Assembly (NCBI GenBank): GCA_965207805.1
Contig: OZ242312.1
Coordinates: 684,748-748,747, forward strand
Reading direction: 5' to 3'
Length of the DNA: 64,000 nucleotides
From: Gemmatimonadota bacterium
GTDB taxonomy: Bacteria > Gemmatimonadota > Gemmatimonadetes > Palauibacterales > Palauibacteraceae
Both the position numbers and the translations under genes were made by a program. Under the pieces are notes generated by a model. It worked only from the letters and a program-made list of their open reading frames with translations. It searched no databases and was not told the DNA's origin. Positions within the stretch are counted from its first letter, which is position 1, and every line of letters starts with the position of its first letter. Positions 36,501 to 46,984 of the stretch are shown here, in pieces.

Positions 36501-39500
36501 ATGCGCCATCACGATCACTCGCCGTCGCTCGGGATCCTCTTCTCGATCTTGCTAATTCCCGCCCTGGCCTGTGCGGATCCGGAAGACGTACCGGATCGGG
36601 ACGCGGCGGGCGGGGTGCCAGGCGGCTCGGTCGACGCGTCGGTGCTCGAGGTGCTGGAGTGGCGGCCCATCGGCCCGTGGCGGGGCGGGAAGTCCATCGC
36701 CGGGGCCGGGCACCCAACGGAACCCGGCGTGTTCTACATGGGGAGCACGAACGGAGGCGGCGTCTGGAAGACGGACGACGCCGGGGTGAGCTGGCACAAC
36801 CTGTCGGACGGGTACTTCGGGACGACAACGGTCTCTTCGCTGGCAATCTCGGAGTCGGATCCCGACATCCTCTACGTCGGCACGGGAGACGTCTCGTTCC
36901 GCACCAACATCTCGCGCGGCGACGGACTCTACCGTTCGGATGACGCCGGACGCACGTGGCGGAACATGGGACTCGCGGACACCCGGAACCTCTCGGCCAT
37001 CGAGGTCCACCCGCGCGACCCGGACCTCGTCTACGCCGCCTCTCACGGGCACGGGTTCATCCCGGACGAGAACCGGGGCGTGTACCGCTCCCGCGACGGC
37101 GGCGAGACGTGGGAGCGCGTCCTGTACGTAGACGACGAAACCGGGGTCATCGACCTCGTCATGGACCGGAGCGCGCCCGGCACACTCTACGCGGCGACAT
37201 GGAACGGTCGGCGCTTTCCGTGGACGATCAAGGACGCCGGGCCTGGCAACGGGGTGTGGAAGACGACGGACGGGGGCGACACCTGGGAGGACATCTCGGC
37301 GGCCCCTGGACTCCCCGCCGGCCTGAAGGGGCGGATCTCGCTCGACATCTCCCGGTCGCGGCCGAATCGCGTGTGGGCGCTGATGACCGCCGAAGGGGAC
37401 GGCACGGGTGGCCTCTACACCGCCGACGCGCCCGGACAGGCGGACTGGCTCCCGTGCCGCGACTACTACTGCTCCGGCAACGGGCTCTACCGCTCCGAGG
37501 ACGGCGGCCGCAGCTGGGAGCGGGTGGCCGACAACCCCAACTTCTTCCAGCGCCCGTGGTACTACACGCACGTCGCGGCCGACCCCACCGACCCGGATGT
37601 CGTGCACGTGCTCAACACGTCGATCTGGAAGTCTACGGATGGGGGCGAGAGCTTCACCGCCCTCACGACCCTCCCGCACGGCGACCACCACGCGCTCTGG
37701 ATCGACCCCGCTGATTCACGCCGCATGCTGGGCGGGGGCGACGGCGGCGCGACCGTGACGCTCAACGGGGGGCGCACCTGGTCGTCGGTCGAGAACCAGC
37801 CCACGGGCCAGATGTACAACGCCTCGGTCGACGACGACTTCCCCTACAACGTGTGCGCGCCGCAGCAGGACAACACGAGCATCTGCGTGCCCAGCCGCTC
37901 CGACGAGGGCGCGATCTGGGACTACCAGCGCTGGACGACGGCCGCGGCCGAGAACGGGGGGATCGCGGTCCACCCCGACCGGCTCGACGTGAGCTACGGG
38001 GGCGACCACCACTGGATCGCGCGCGTGGACCGCTCGACGGGAGAGCGCCGCTGGATCTCCGTCTGGGGGGAGAACTACTACGGCACGGGCGAGGACCAGC
38101 TCCGGTATCGGCAGGTGTGGGACGTAAAGCTCTTCCTCTCGCCGCACGACCCGGACGTGATGTACACGGCGACCCAGTACGTGCACCGTTCGACGGACGA
38201 GGGCGAGAGCTGGGCGGACATCTCCCCCGACCTCACGCGCGCCGACGAGACCCGCTTCGAAGCGACGCCCCCCTCCGATCGCGGCGAGTTCTGGGGCCTC
38301 ACGCGCGAGAATGTGGGAATCGAGTGGTATGCCGCGATCGCAAGCATCGCCGAGTCGCCCCTGCGGGAAGGGGTGCTGTGGACGGGCTCGAACGACGGCC
38401 TCGTGTACATCTCGACGGACGGAGGAGGAAGCTGGGAGAACGTCACGCCGCCCGACATGGAGCCCGACACCTGGGTGAGCGTGGTCGAGCCGTCGCGTCA
38501 CGATCCGGCGGCGGCCTACGTCTCCGCCAACCGGCACATGATGGGGGACGACGCGCCGTCCGTGTGGGCGACCTCGGACTACGGCGCCACCTGGCGCCGC
38601 ATCGACGCGGACTTCCCCGCGGACGACTTCGTGTGGGTCGTGCGGGAGGACGACGAGCAGCCGGGACTCCTCTACGCCGGCGCGGAGTGGAGCGGCGTGT
38701 GGGTGAGCCTGGACGACGGGGAGAACTGGCACTCGCTGCGACTCAACCTGCCGGTCACGCCGGTGCGCGACATCAAGGTGAAGGAGGGCGACATCGTCGC
38801 GGCCACGCACGGGCGCGCACACTGGGTCCTCGACGACATTTCGCCGCTGCGGCAGCTCGCGGCGGCGGGAGTGGCGGTGCGCGGCGACGGCGGCGGACCG
38901 GACGCGGACGACGGCGTGCGCCTGTTCACGCCACGGCCCACGATCCGGTTCCGCGAAATGGTCACCCGGGCCACCTTCGGCGGCCTCTGGATGCCGAACC
39001 CGCCGAGCGGCGTCGTCCTCCGCTACTACCTGCCCCGCGCCCCCGAGGGCGAGGTCCGCCTGTCGATTCACGAGGCGGGCGACGACGGGGCCGAGGGGGC
39101 GGAAATCCGCACCTTCTCGAGCCTGGGGGCCGCCCCCGAGCCGGGGCCGGATCTCATCGACCCGGCGGACCTGGTGGAGCCGGGGCTCCCCGCCGAGGCC
39201 GGGGCGAACGCCTTCGAGTGGGACATGCGGTATCCGGAGCCCGTGGACTGGGTCCCGAAGACGCTCTACCGCCATCGCGATCCGTACGGGCCGCTGGCGC
39301 CCCCAGGCCACTACGAGGCGCGGCTGACAGTGGACGGCGAGACGTTCGCGGCCCCGTTCGAGATCGTGCCGGACCCGCGCGTGGCGACGCCGCAGACCGA
39401 GTTCGACGAACAGTTCGGCTTCCTGATCGCGATCCGGGAGAAGATCGGCGAGAACCACCGGGCCGTGTCCCGCATCCATAATCTGCGGCGGCGGATCGTG

Positions 39501-39848
39501 GAGGCGATCGAGGCCGCGGCGGGGACGGAGGGCGCGGCCGACATCGCGCGCGCCGGAGCCGAACTCGACGCCCGGCTGTGGGAGATCGAGGACCAGTTGC
39601 GGCAGTTCCGGCCCTCGCGAGAGCATCGCGCCAAGCAGGAACTCATCAACTGGCCGGTCCGTCTCGACGACAAGTTCGCGAAGCTGCTCGAACACGCGGA
39701 GGCATCGGACGCGGCGCCCACATCGCGCGACCGCATGCTGTTCGACGACCTGTCGGAACGTCAGGAGGAACAGATCGAGGAACTCGGCTTCATCGAGGAA
39801 GGCGAGGCGGCCCGCTTCTTCGACGCCGCCAGAGGCGGAGGTCCCTGA
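36501..39848 (+). CDS. BNR/Asp-box repeat protein (sortilin/VPS10-like or GH74-like beta-propeller), secreted
   Basis: Multiple S-x-D-x-G-x-T-W Asp-box motifs (SDDAGRTW, SRDGGETW, TTDGGDTW, SEDGGRSW, STDGGESF, STDGGGSW, SLDDGENW). Signal peptide. 1115 aa. Confidence 0.7.
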   Translation: MRHHDHSPSLGILFSILLIPALACADPEDVPDRDAAGGVPGGSVDASVLEVLEWRPIGPWRGGKSIAGAGHPTEPGVFYMGSTNGGGVWKTDDAGVSWHNLSDGYFGTTTVSSLAISESDPDILYVGTGDVSFRTNISRGDGLYRSDDAGRTWRNMGLADTRNLSAIEVHPRDPDLVYAASHGHGFIPDENRGVYRSRDGGETWERVLYVDDETGVIDLVMDRSAPGTLYAATWNGRRFPWTIKDAGPGNGVWKTTDGGDTWEDISAAPGLPAGLKGRISLDISRSRPNRVWALMTAEGDGTGGLYTADAPGQADWLPCRDYYCSGNGLYRSEDGGRSWERVADNPNFFQRPWYYTHVAADPTDPDVVHVLNTSIWKSTDGGESFTALTTLPHGDHHALWIDPADSRRMLGGGDGGATVTLNGGRTWSSVENQPTGQMYNASVDDDFPYNVCAPQQDNTSICVPSRSDEGAIWDYQRWTTAAAENGGIAVHPDRLDVSYGGDHHWIARVDRSTGERRWISVWGENYYGTGEDQLRYRQVWDVKLFLSPHDPDVMYTATQYVHRSTDEGESWADISPDLTRADETRFEATPPSDRGEFWGLTRENVGIEWYAAIASIAESPLREGVLWTGSNDGLVYISTDGGGSWENVTPPDMEPDTWVSVVEPSRHDPAAAYVSANRHMMGDDAPSVWATSDYGATWRRIDADFPADDFVWVVREDDEQPGLLYAGAEWSGVWVSLDDGENWHSLRLNLPVTPVRDIKVKEGDIVAATHGRAHWVLDDISPLRQLAAAGVAVRGDGGGPDADDGVRLFTPRPTIRFREMVTRATFGGLWMPNPPSGVVLRYYLPRAPEGEVRLSIHEAGDDGAEGAEIRTFSSLGAAPEPGPDLIDPADLVEPGLPAEAGANAFEWDMRYPEPVDWVPKTLYRHRDPYGPLAPPGHYEARLTVDGETFAAPFEIVPDPRVATPQTEFDEQFGFLIAIREKIGENHRAVSRIHNLRRRIVEAIEAAAGTEGAADIARAGAELDARLWEIEDQLRQFRPSREHRAKQELINWPVRLDDKFAKLLEHAEASDAAPTSRDRMLFDDLSERQEEQIEELGFIEEGEAARFFDAARGGGP

Positions 39849-39876
39849 ACCGCCCGGCGTCCGGGGTCGGCGGCCG

Positions 39877-41274
39877 CTAGCGCCGCCAGACCCCGACGCC
39901 GTTCTCGTACGTGATCTCCGTCCCGTACGGGCGCGACAGTTCGGCGAGGTGCTCGATGATCCTGCGGCCCAGTTCCTCGGGCGCGATCCGCGGCGTGCCG
40001 CGCCGTCCGCGCGGCGCCTTCCAGCTGAGTTCGATCGGGTGGAAGATGATCTCGACCACCTCTTCGCCCTCGAAGGTCGCGACCGGGACCACGCTCTCGT
40101 ACCACTCGGACCCGATGGGGAAGCCCGTGGTGGGGTTGCCGTCCTCGTCCACCTGGAAGCGCGTGTCGTAGATCTCCGACGCGAGCCGGTCGAGCGGGAT
40201 CCCGTAGCGGTCGCGCTGATCGGAGGGCATGGGGTCGATCGTCTCGTTCTGGAAGATGAAGTTCGCGAGCGAGTAGAAGATCGGCCGGCCCTTGTAGATC
40301 TCGACGCCGCGGAGTTGATGCGGCCCGTGGATGATGAACGTGTTCGCCCCCGCGTCGATCGTCTGCCGCGCGAACTCCTCCATCCACGCCGGCGCCGTCA
40401 CGAACGCGTTGCCCGGCTCGTGCGAGTGGCTGTTCACGACGACGTAGTCGGCCTGGTCCGTCGCGTTCCGCACCTCGTGCAGAACCCTTTCTCGGTCCTC
40501 GTCGCTGAGCGACACGGTCGCGCGGTCCTCGTCGCCCGGAAACACGGTGGAACCGAACACGCGGACGGGCGCGTCCGGGTCGTCCGACACGTTTTCACCC
40601 TGCCGGCGCGCCACCTCCCGCAGCGCGGCCATCGTCTCCGGCGATCCCTCGTAGCGCGTGCTCAGCCGCAGCGGGTTCAGCCCCGGGCGACCCTGGACGG
40701 TGGGCCCGGCCTTTCCGGCGCGCGACATCGGCGTGAAGGTCGACGCCATCCCGATGAGCGCGATCCGGCCCTTCGGCGTCTCCAGATACCCGGGGCGACT
40801 CGCCCAGCCCAGATTCTCACCGGTCCCCGAGTGGATGAGCCCCCACTCGTCCATCAGCCGGTTCGTGAGGCGCATGCCCTCGACCCCGTAGTCCGTCGAG
40901 TGGTTGTTCGCCCGGTTGTAGAGGTTGAACCCCATGTCCACGAGGTCCTTCAGCGTCTCGGGCGAGCCCACCTCGTAGTTGCCGCCGTTCTCCGCCGCCG
41001 GCCAGCCCGTGAACTCCTGCAGGCGGAACACGGACTGCTCGAGGTTCAGGAAGGCGGCATCCGTCGCCCGGATGATGTTGGCGAGGTCGTGGAAGCCCGG
41101 GTCGCCGGGGTGATCGAACGGCGCCGTGCGGCGGTTCATGATCACATCCCCCACCGCGGACAGCGTCCAGCGCGTCTCGGCGTCGATCGGCGAACGGCTC
41201 TGCGCCGCCGCTTCGGACCAGCCGGCGGGCGCGAGCGCGGCGAAGCACAGGGCCAGGAGAGCGGGGCGGCGCAT
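39877..41274 (-). CDS. CapA/PgsA-family metallophosphatase-like protein (poly-gamma-glutamate capsule synthesis/anchoring family), secreted
   Basis: PGA_cap-like motifs (VGDVIMNR, NLYNRANNHSTDYG, VVVNSHSHEPGN, YSLANFIF). ATG 41274 preceded by AAGGAGGA. Signal peptide. Confidence 0.7.
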   Translation of the reverse strand: MRRPALLALCFAALAPAGWSEAAAQSRSPIDAETRWTLSAVGDVIMNRRTAPFDHPGDPGFHDLANIIRATDAAFLNLEQSVFRLQEFTGWPAAENGGNYEVGSPETLKDLVDMGFNLYNRANNHSTDYGVEGMRLTNRLMDEWGLIHSGTGENLGWASRPGYLETPKGRIALIGMASTFTPMSRAGKAGPTVQGRPGLNPLRLSTRYEGSPETMAALREVARRQGENVSDDPDAPVRVFGSTVFPGDEDRATVSLSDEDRERVLHEVRNATDQADYVVVNSHSHEPGNAFVTAPAWMEEFARQTIDAGANTFIIHGPHQLRGVEIYKGRPIFYSLANFIFQNETIDPMPSDQRDRYGIPLDRLASEIYDTRFQVDEDGNPTTGFPIGSEWYESVVPVATFEGEEVVEIIFHPIELSWKAPRGRRGTPRIAPEELGRRIIEHLAELSRPYGTEITYENGVGVWRR

Positions 41275-41300
41275 GGAGTCCTCCTTGTGACGGGATCCTG

Positions 41301-43424
41301 TCATTCGGGAAGTGTGGCGTTCGTGGCGCGGTCGAGGAGGGCCTGGTATCGGGCGTCCGCCTCCTGTACGCGCGGCTCGAGGCGGAGGCGCTGCTGCTCC
41401 CATTCCTCCTCCAGGAGGCGGGTGGTCTCCCAGTATTCGAGATCGCCCGCGGGCCGGATGGGCTCGGTGAGCAGTTCCCGGAGCTTGGCCCGGTGGCGGG
41501 CGACAAGTTCGGGCACGGCCTCCAGCTTCCACCACGGATCGTCCTCCACGACCACGAACACGGGGGCGCTGTGCGCGACCGTCATGTCCCGCTCCCCGTC
41601 GCGGTCGCCGAAGGCGCGGACGGCGACCCACAGGCTTTCGTCGGCCTCGATCTGCGTTCTGAGCCGCAGCCGGTCGCCGTCGCCGGATGTCTGGGTCGCG
41701 GTCGCGACGACCTCGCCGTGGACGACGAGTTCGAGCCGGTTCAGACGGTCGATGTCGGGGTTGAGGGAGGCCCTGGCCACGATCTCGAGGCTCTCTCCGC
41801 GCCCGACGCGAAGCTCGGAGCCCATCTCCCGCCCGTTCACGCGGAACTCGAGGAATGGCCCGTTGCTCACGTAGGTGTGGCCTGAGCGGTAGGCGTTGTA
41901 CCACTCGTTGGGGGCGAACGGCCCGTCGAGCTTCACGTACGTGCGCTCAACCCCCGGCAGCGTCGGGCCGAAGTACGGATAATCGGCGCCCGCGATCGGA
42001 CGGACGTTGAAGCCGAGGTTCAGGAAGCTGTACCAGATGTCGTCGTACAGGCGCCCGCCCTGCAGGACTTCGATGAAGTCGACGAGGTCGAACGGCACGT
42101 CGAGCGCCAGCCCCCGCTCGCCGTTGAAGAGTTGGCCCATGTGCGCGTAGCCGGAGATTCCGCCCTGAGCGCGCGATTCCTCGAACACCCGGTGATAGAG
42201 GAAGTAGGACTCCGGATCCGGGCGGATGGGACGCTGCAGGTTGTGGTGGATCGTATGTCCGCGCTGGACGGTGCGCGGATCCTCCTGCCCGGACACGAGC
42301 GCGTGACCCTCGCGGACGTACTGTCCGGCTTCCCCCCACGCCGGCTGCTTGAAGTGGGTGACGGCGATGTTCCCCATCTCGAGCAGGTTCGCGACGTGGA
42401 TGTCCTCGGCCGCGATCTGGGCCCACACGGCGTCGTCCTCCGTGTGCTCGCGCGCGATGTGCACGTGGGAATCGCCGGAGTACCAGCCTTCGGCGGGGAG
42501 GTTTGCGTAGCGCTCCAGGGAGACGGTGAGATCGGTCGTCTCATCGGCGCGCACCTCGACGGTCCGCTGATACCCTCGGTATTCGGGGCCCCGCGTCGCG
42601 ACGAGTTCGTAGCTCCCGACGGGGAGGCGGGCCTCGTACTCCCCATCGACATAGAAGGCGAGGCGGTGTTCGGAGGGCCACCACGTGCGCGGGTTCACCC
42701 ACAGGAGCCGGACCTCGTCGACGAAGCGGTGCACGAGCACGGAGCGCTCGGAGGGGAGCGGAGCGCGGCCGGTCTCGTCGTAGAGGCCGAAGCGGGCGGG
42801 GACCGGACGCCCGCTCGCCGCATCCTCGACCGCGAGGCGCAGCGTGCCGTGGCCGGCCGGGACGGGCGTAGCGTGGCTGCGCACGACTTCGATGTCGCAC
42901 AGGGCGATCCCCTCGGGGCCGCCGATGGCGAGGTCCGTGTCGCGGATGCCGTGCGCGGCGAAGCGGGCGCGGTCGAGCGTCACCTGGGCGGTGGCGAGCG
43001 TCGATCCGGACTCGGGTTCGATGGTGGCCGACTCGCCGATCCCGTCGCCGCCGTTGTCGTTGAACCCGACGCTGAACGGCCCCGTGAGTTCCGGCGCGTA
43101 GGTGACTACGAGGTCGACGGGCTCATCGATGTCGAACGCGAACCCGTCCTCGATGTCGAGCGCGAAGAGGGGGCCGACGACGCACGTCAGGTCGCCGATG
43201 TCGCGCGTCTGGAACGGGTTGCCGCGGCCGTACATGCCGAGTTCCGTGCGGGCGACGCCGAGCGTGCGGGCGATGTTCTCGCGCGGCCACTCGAGTTCGA
43301 CCACGAAGCGGGCATCGCTGTCGTGCGGCGGGGAAGGCGCGCCCTCCCCCGCCGGGCCCGCGGCTCCCGACACGAGGAGGCCGGCCCCGGCCAGAAGGCA
43401 GACCCGGCGGACGCGGGCGATCAC
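41301..43424 (-). CDS. secreted CehA/McbA-family (PHP-like) metallohydrolase with an N-terminal beta-rich domain
   Basis: Motif GWYSGDSHVHI shared with the paralogue at 46985..49570. GTG start at 43424 overlaps the upstream stop (GTGA). Signal-like N-terminus. Confidence 0.55.
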   Translation of the reverse strand: MIARVRRVCLLAGAGLLVSGAAGPAGEGAPSPPHDSDARFVVELEWPRENIARTLGVARTELGMYGRGNPFQTRDIGDLTCVVGPLFALDIEDGFAFDIDEPVDLVVTYAPELTGPFSVGFNDNGGDGIGESATIEPESGSTLATAQVTLDRARFAAHGIRDTDLAIGGPEGIALCDIEVVRSHATPVPAGHGTLRLAVEDAASGRPVPARFGLYDETGRAPLPSERSVLVHRFVDEVRLLWVNPRTWWPSEHRLAFYVDGEYEARLPVGSYELVATRGPEYRGYQRTVEVRADETTDLTVSLERYANLPAEGWYSGDSHVHIAREHTEDDAVWAQIAAEDIHVANLLEMGNIAVTHFKQPAWGEAGQYVREGHALVSGQEDPRTVQRGHTIHHNLQRPIRPDPESYFLYHRVFEESRAQGGISGYAHMGQLFNGERGLALDVPFDLVDFIEVLQGGRLYDDIWYSFLNLGFNVRPIAGADYPYFGPTLPGVERTYVKLDGPFAPNEWYNAYRSGHTYVSNGPFLEFRVNGREMGSELRVGRGESLEIVARASLNPDIDRLNRLELVVHGEVVATATQTSGDGDRLRLRTQIEADESLWVAVRAFGDRDGERDMTVAHSAPVFVVVEDDPWWKLEAVPELVARHRAKLRELLTEPIRPAGDLEYWETTRLLEEEWEQQRLRLEPRVQEADARYQALLDRATNATLPE

Positions 43425-45127
43425 CGCTCGTACACGACCCGGCCGCCCACCACGGTCAGATCGACCTCCATCGATTCCAGGCATGGGTCCTCGCACTCCA
43501 GCACATGGTCCGCCGTCACGACGAGGTCGGCGGCCATCCCGACCTCGAGCGTCCCCTTCTCTTCCTCTTCAAACGTGAGGTGCGCGTACGCGCTTGTCGC
43601 CGCGCGCAGCGCCTCCTCGCGGCTGATCGCCTGGGTCGGATCGAGCACTCCGGCGCTGATCGTGCCGCGCGTCGTGAAATGGTGCAGCATCCACCACGGG
43701 TCCCACGGGACGACGGGGGAATCCGTCCCCAGCGACACCGGGATCCCGGCGTCGAGGTAGGCGCGCACGGGCGTGGTCCAGGCGGCGCGCCACGCGCCCC
43801 AGTACTTCACGAGACTCGGCGCCGCCACGTAGAGGTGGTTTTGCGCCGTCACGGAGAGTCCGAGCGCCCGCATGCGCGGAAAGTGGTCGTCGCGCGGGAT
43901 GAATCCGTGCTCGATGACCCAGCGCCGGCCGTCGATCGGCGCATCGGCGTGCGCGGCCTCGTAGCCGTCGAGGACGAGGTCGATGGCCGCGTCGCCCACG
44001 GCGTGCGTCGCCACCCGCCAGCCCTGCCGGTGGAGTTCGCGGACGGTCTCAATGAAGCGCTCGGTCGGCACGGTCTGCAGGCCGTGGAAGGTGCCGCCCT
44101 CGCCCCAGGGTTCCTCGTACGGCTCGCGCATTAGGCCGCCCTCGAAACCGCCGTCCACGCCGACCTTCACGCCGCCGACGCGGAGCCAGTCGTCGCCCTC
44201 GCCCATGGCGGGCCACGTGGCAAGCGCGTCGGCGAGCGGCGGCGCCCCGGCGCCGCGGGGGGCGCGGAGGACGTAGTTCACGCGCAGGGTGAGCCGGCCC
44301 TCGTCCCGGAGGCGCTCGATGGCCCGGTACTGCTCGGGGGGGCCGCCCGGGTAGCGGATGCTGGTCAGGCCGCGGGAGTTGAGCGCGGCGTACTCCTCGG
44401 CCAGCGCGTCGAGGACGGCCGCCGGGTCGGGCGGCGCGGCCGCCGGCAACGTCACGAGATCCTTGGCGCGGTCGACGAGTTCGCCGTTCAGCCGCCCGTC
44501 CGGGTAGCGGCCGATGCGGCCGCCCGGCACCTCCGGCGTCGATTCGTCGATGCCCCAGTGAACGAGCGCCGCGCTGTTCAGCACGTACTCGTGCCCGCCG
44601 CGGACGACGACGACGGGCTGCCCGGGCGCCGCGCCGTCGAGATCGTCACGGTAGGGGAGGCGGTGCTCGGCGAGCTGCCCCTCGTGCCAGTCGCGATTCG
44701 TGACGATGAGTTCGCCGGGGGCGGTCTCCAGCGCGAAAGCGGCGATCGCGTCCTCTACGTCCTGCAGGGAGCGCGCGGCCGTCAGGTCGACCCCCGGACC
44801 GCCCCCGATGCCATGGTAGTGGTTGTCGGCGAGTCCGGGGATCACGGTTCGCCCGTTCAACTCCACGACGCGCGTGCCGGGCCCGGCCAGCCCGCGAATC
44901 TCCTCCGAGGTCCCGACCGCCAGCACCCGGCCGTCGCGCATTGCCAGCGCATCCACGGTCCCCGGCGCTCCCATCGTGAGGATCTCCCCATCGACGAGGA
45001 TGAGGTCGGCCGGCTCGCGCGGCGGGGCCGCGCAGGCGGCGAGTCCCAGCAGCGCCATCAGCCCCGGCGCGGCCAGCCCGAGCGCCGGCAGCGCGGAGAC
45101 GGCCCGCGAACGCCCGCTCTTCCTCAT
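43421..45127 (-). CDS. amidohydrolase 3 family protein (YtcJ-like), lipoprotein
   Basis: Lipobox LLGLAAC. Motifs NHYHG, HAVGD and GTDSPV. Start ATGA-overlaps the upstream stop. Confidence 0.75.
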   Translation of the reverse strand: MRKSGRSRAVSALPALGLAAPGLMALLGLAACAAPPREPADLILVDGEILTMGAPGTVDALAMRDGRVLAVGTSEEIRGLAGPGTRVVELNGRTVIPGLADNHYHGIGGGPGVDLTAARSLQDVEDAIAAFALETAPGELIVTNRDWHEGQLAEHRLPYRDDLDGAAPGQPVVVVRGGHEYVLNSAALVHWGIDESTPEVPGGRIGRYPDGRLNGELVDRAKDLVTLPAAAPPDPAAVLDALAEEYAALNSRGLTSIRYPGGPPEQYRAIERLRDEGRLTLRVNYVLRAPRGAGAPPLADALATWPAMGEGDDWLRVGGVKVGVDGGFEGGLMREPYEEPWGEGGTFHGLQTVPTERFIETVRELHRQGWRVATHAVGDAAIDLVLDGYEAAHADAPIDGRRWVIEHGFIPRDDHFPRMRALGLSVTAQNHLYVAAPSLVKYWGAWRAAWTTPVRAYLDAGIPVSLGTDSPVVPWDPWWMLHHFTTRGTISAGVLDPTQAISREEALRAATSAYAHLTFEEEEKGTLEVGMAADLVVTADHVLECEDPCLESMEVDLTVVGGRVVYER

Positions 45128-46857
45128 CGCGGACCGGCCCCGGTCTCGCGGCGCAGGAGCCTGCCGGGCTGTGCCGCCGTCAGCGCGCCGTCATCGATCA
45201 CCGGTACGCCGTTCACGAACACATAGTCCATCCCCTCGGCATAACGCATGGCGTCCCCGAACCGGGCCCGGTCCCGCACTTCGTCCGGATGGAAGATGAC
45301 GAGGTCCGCCGCCATTCCCGGCGCGACCAGGCCCCTGTCCGCGAGCCCCAGCCGGCGGGCGGCGAGCGAGGTCATGCGGCGCACAGCGTCCTCCAGACTC
45401 AGGATCCCGTCCTCTCTCACGTACTTCGCGATCACGCGCGGGAAGGCCCCGAACGCCCGCGGATGGGAACTCGCCGTGGTCGCCGGATTCACCGGGGAGG
45501 CGTCGGTGTCGATCATCACGAACTCGGCCCGGAGCGCCTGCCACTTCTGCTCCTCGTTCATGCTCTCCGGGTTCACGCTCACGCCGCCGGCCTGCACGAG
45601 ATCGAAGAACGCGTCCCAGGGATCGGTCTCGAGGATGTCCGCCGCCTGGGCGATCGAGAGGTTGATCACCCGCTCGTCCACCTCGTCGGAGGCGGAGACG
45701 ATGAGGACCTTGTCCCAGTCCATCCCCACGTGGCGGTACCAGTTCTCCCAGTCCGACGTGGTCTCCACCTCGCGGCGGAGCTCGGCCCGCACCGCGGGGT
45801 CGGAAAGGGTCTCCAGGAAGGGATCCCTGCCGCCCGCGTAGTGCCGCGGGTGGAGGAAGGACCCGAGGCCGATCCCGTTCCGGATGTAGGGATAGATGTC
45901 CGCCGTCACGTCGATCCCGGCCACGCGCGCCGAATCGATCAGGGCGAGGGCTTCGGCCATCAGCGGCCAGTTCTCCTGCCCCGCCGCCTTGAGGTGGTAG
46001 ATGTGGACGGGGGTGCCGGCGCGGACACCGATCTCGATCGCTTCGCGGATCGCCTCCAGCACCGAGTGCGATTCGTTCCGCATGTGCGTGAAGTAGGTGC
46101 CGCCGTACTCGCCGGCGACGCGCGTGAGTTCGACGAGTTCCTCCGTCGTCGCGTACACGGCGGGCGGATAGATGAGCGATGTGGAGGTCCCAACGGCGCC
46201 GTCCTCCATCGCCTGTCGCACGAGCGCCTTCATCTCCTCGAGTTGCTCGGGCGTCGGCTGCACGTCCTCCTCGCCCAGAACCACGCGGCGCACCTGGGTG
46301 AGTCCGACGTCGTGCACGACGTTGATGGGGATCCCGATGCGCTCGACGTGCGCGAAGTACTCGGCGTACGTCCGCCAGTGCAGTTCCTCGCCGTTCACGA
46401 CCAGCCCCCAGGGCTGCGTGGCGTCGCTCTGGGGCGCGGCCGACCCGCCCTCGCCGGAGAGGTAGGTCGTGATCCCCTGCCGGAGCTTGCTCTCGGCACT
46501 GGGCGGATCCGTGATGAGGACGACGCTCGACTGGCCCATCATGTCGATGAAGCCGGGGCTCACCACGCGGTCCGCCGCATCGATCGTGCGCGCCGCCGGG
46601 TGGCCCGCGAGGTTCCCGACGGCCGCGATCCGGTCGCCGCGGAGGCCGACATCGCCCCGCACCCAGGGATTCCCCGCCCCGTCCACGATCCGCGCCCCCG
46701 TGATGAGCACGTCGAACGGACCCTCCGACGTTGATTCCTGCCCCATCCCGCATCCGGGCAGTCCGGCTGCGAGGAGACAGACTCCCACCACAGCGGGCCG
46801 CGGAGCCCTCCTCGGAGTCCTCCACGGCCTGTCGTGTCTCGCGTTCACCGATTTCAT
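45124..46857 (-). CDS. N-acyl-D-amino-acid deacylase (D-aminoacylase) family amidohydrolase, lipoprotein
   Basis: D-aminoacylase-like motifs (PGFIDMMGQS, HIYHLKAAG, ADLVIF). Lipobox LAAGLPGC. Confidence 0.75.
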   Translation of the reverse strand: MKSVNARHDRPWRTPRRAPRPAVVGVCLLAAGLPGCGMGQESTSEGPFDVLITGARIVDGAGNPWVRGDVGLRGDRIAAVGNLAGHPAARTIDAADRVVSPGFIDMMGQSSVVLITDPPSAESKLRQGITTYLSGEGGSAAPQSDATQPWGLVVNGEELHWRTYAEYFAHVERIGIPINVVHDVGLTQVRRVVLGEEDVQPTPEQLEEMKALVRQAMEDGAVGTSTSLIYPPAVYATTEELVELTRVAGEYGGTYFTHMRNESHSVLEAIREAIEIGVRAGTPVHIYHLKAAGQENWPLMAEALALIDSARVAGIDVTADIYPYIRNGIGLGSFLHPRHYAGGRDPFLETLSDPAVRAELRREVETTSDWENWYRHVGMDWDKVLIVSASDEVDERVINLSIAQAADILETDPWDAFFDLVQAGGVSVNPESMNEEQKWQALRAEFVMIDTDASPVNPATTASSHPRAFGAFPRVIAKYVREDGILSLEDAVRRMTSLAARRLGLADRGLVAPGMAADLVIFHPDEVRDRARFGDAMRYAEGMDYVFVNGVPVIDDGALTAAQPGRLLRRETGAGPR

Positions 46858-46984
46858 TGGCCAGTCCCGGGAATGGGCGGGTTGGGTGTCCCCTCAAGGA
46901 TCGACCGGGCGTCGTCTGGCGGCAACCGCACACGTCGGCCAGTGTTGGGGACCGATTCCTGGCTCTACCGTTCCGGAGGCTGAC

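Noticed and set aside
36552-39695. Large minus-strand ORFs 36552..37691 and 37716..39695 and the plus-frame ORF 37853..39481 inside the BNR-repeat gene
   Set aside because: No motifs. They are fully contained within a 1115-aa gene that carries seven Asp-box repeats in a single frame.
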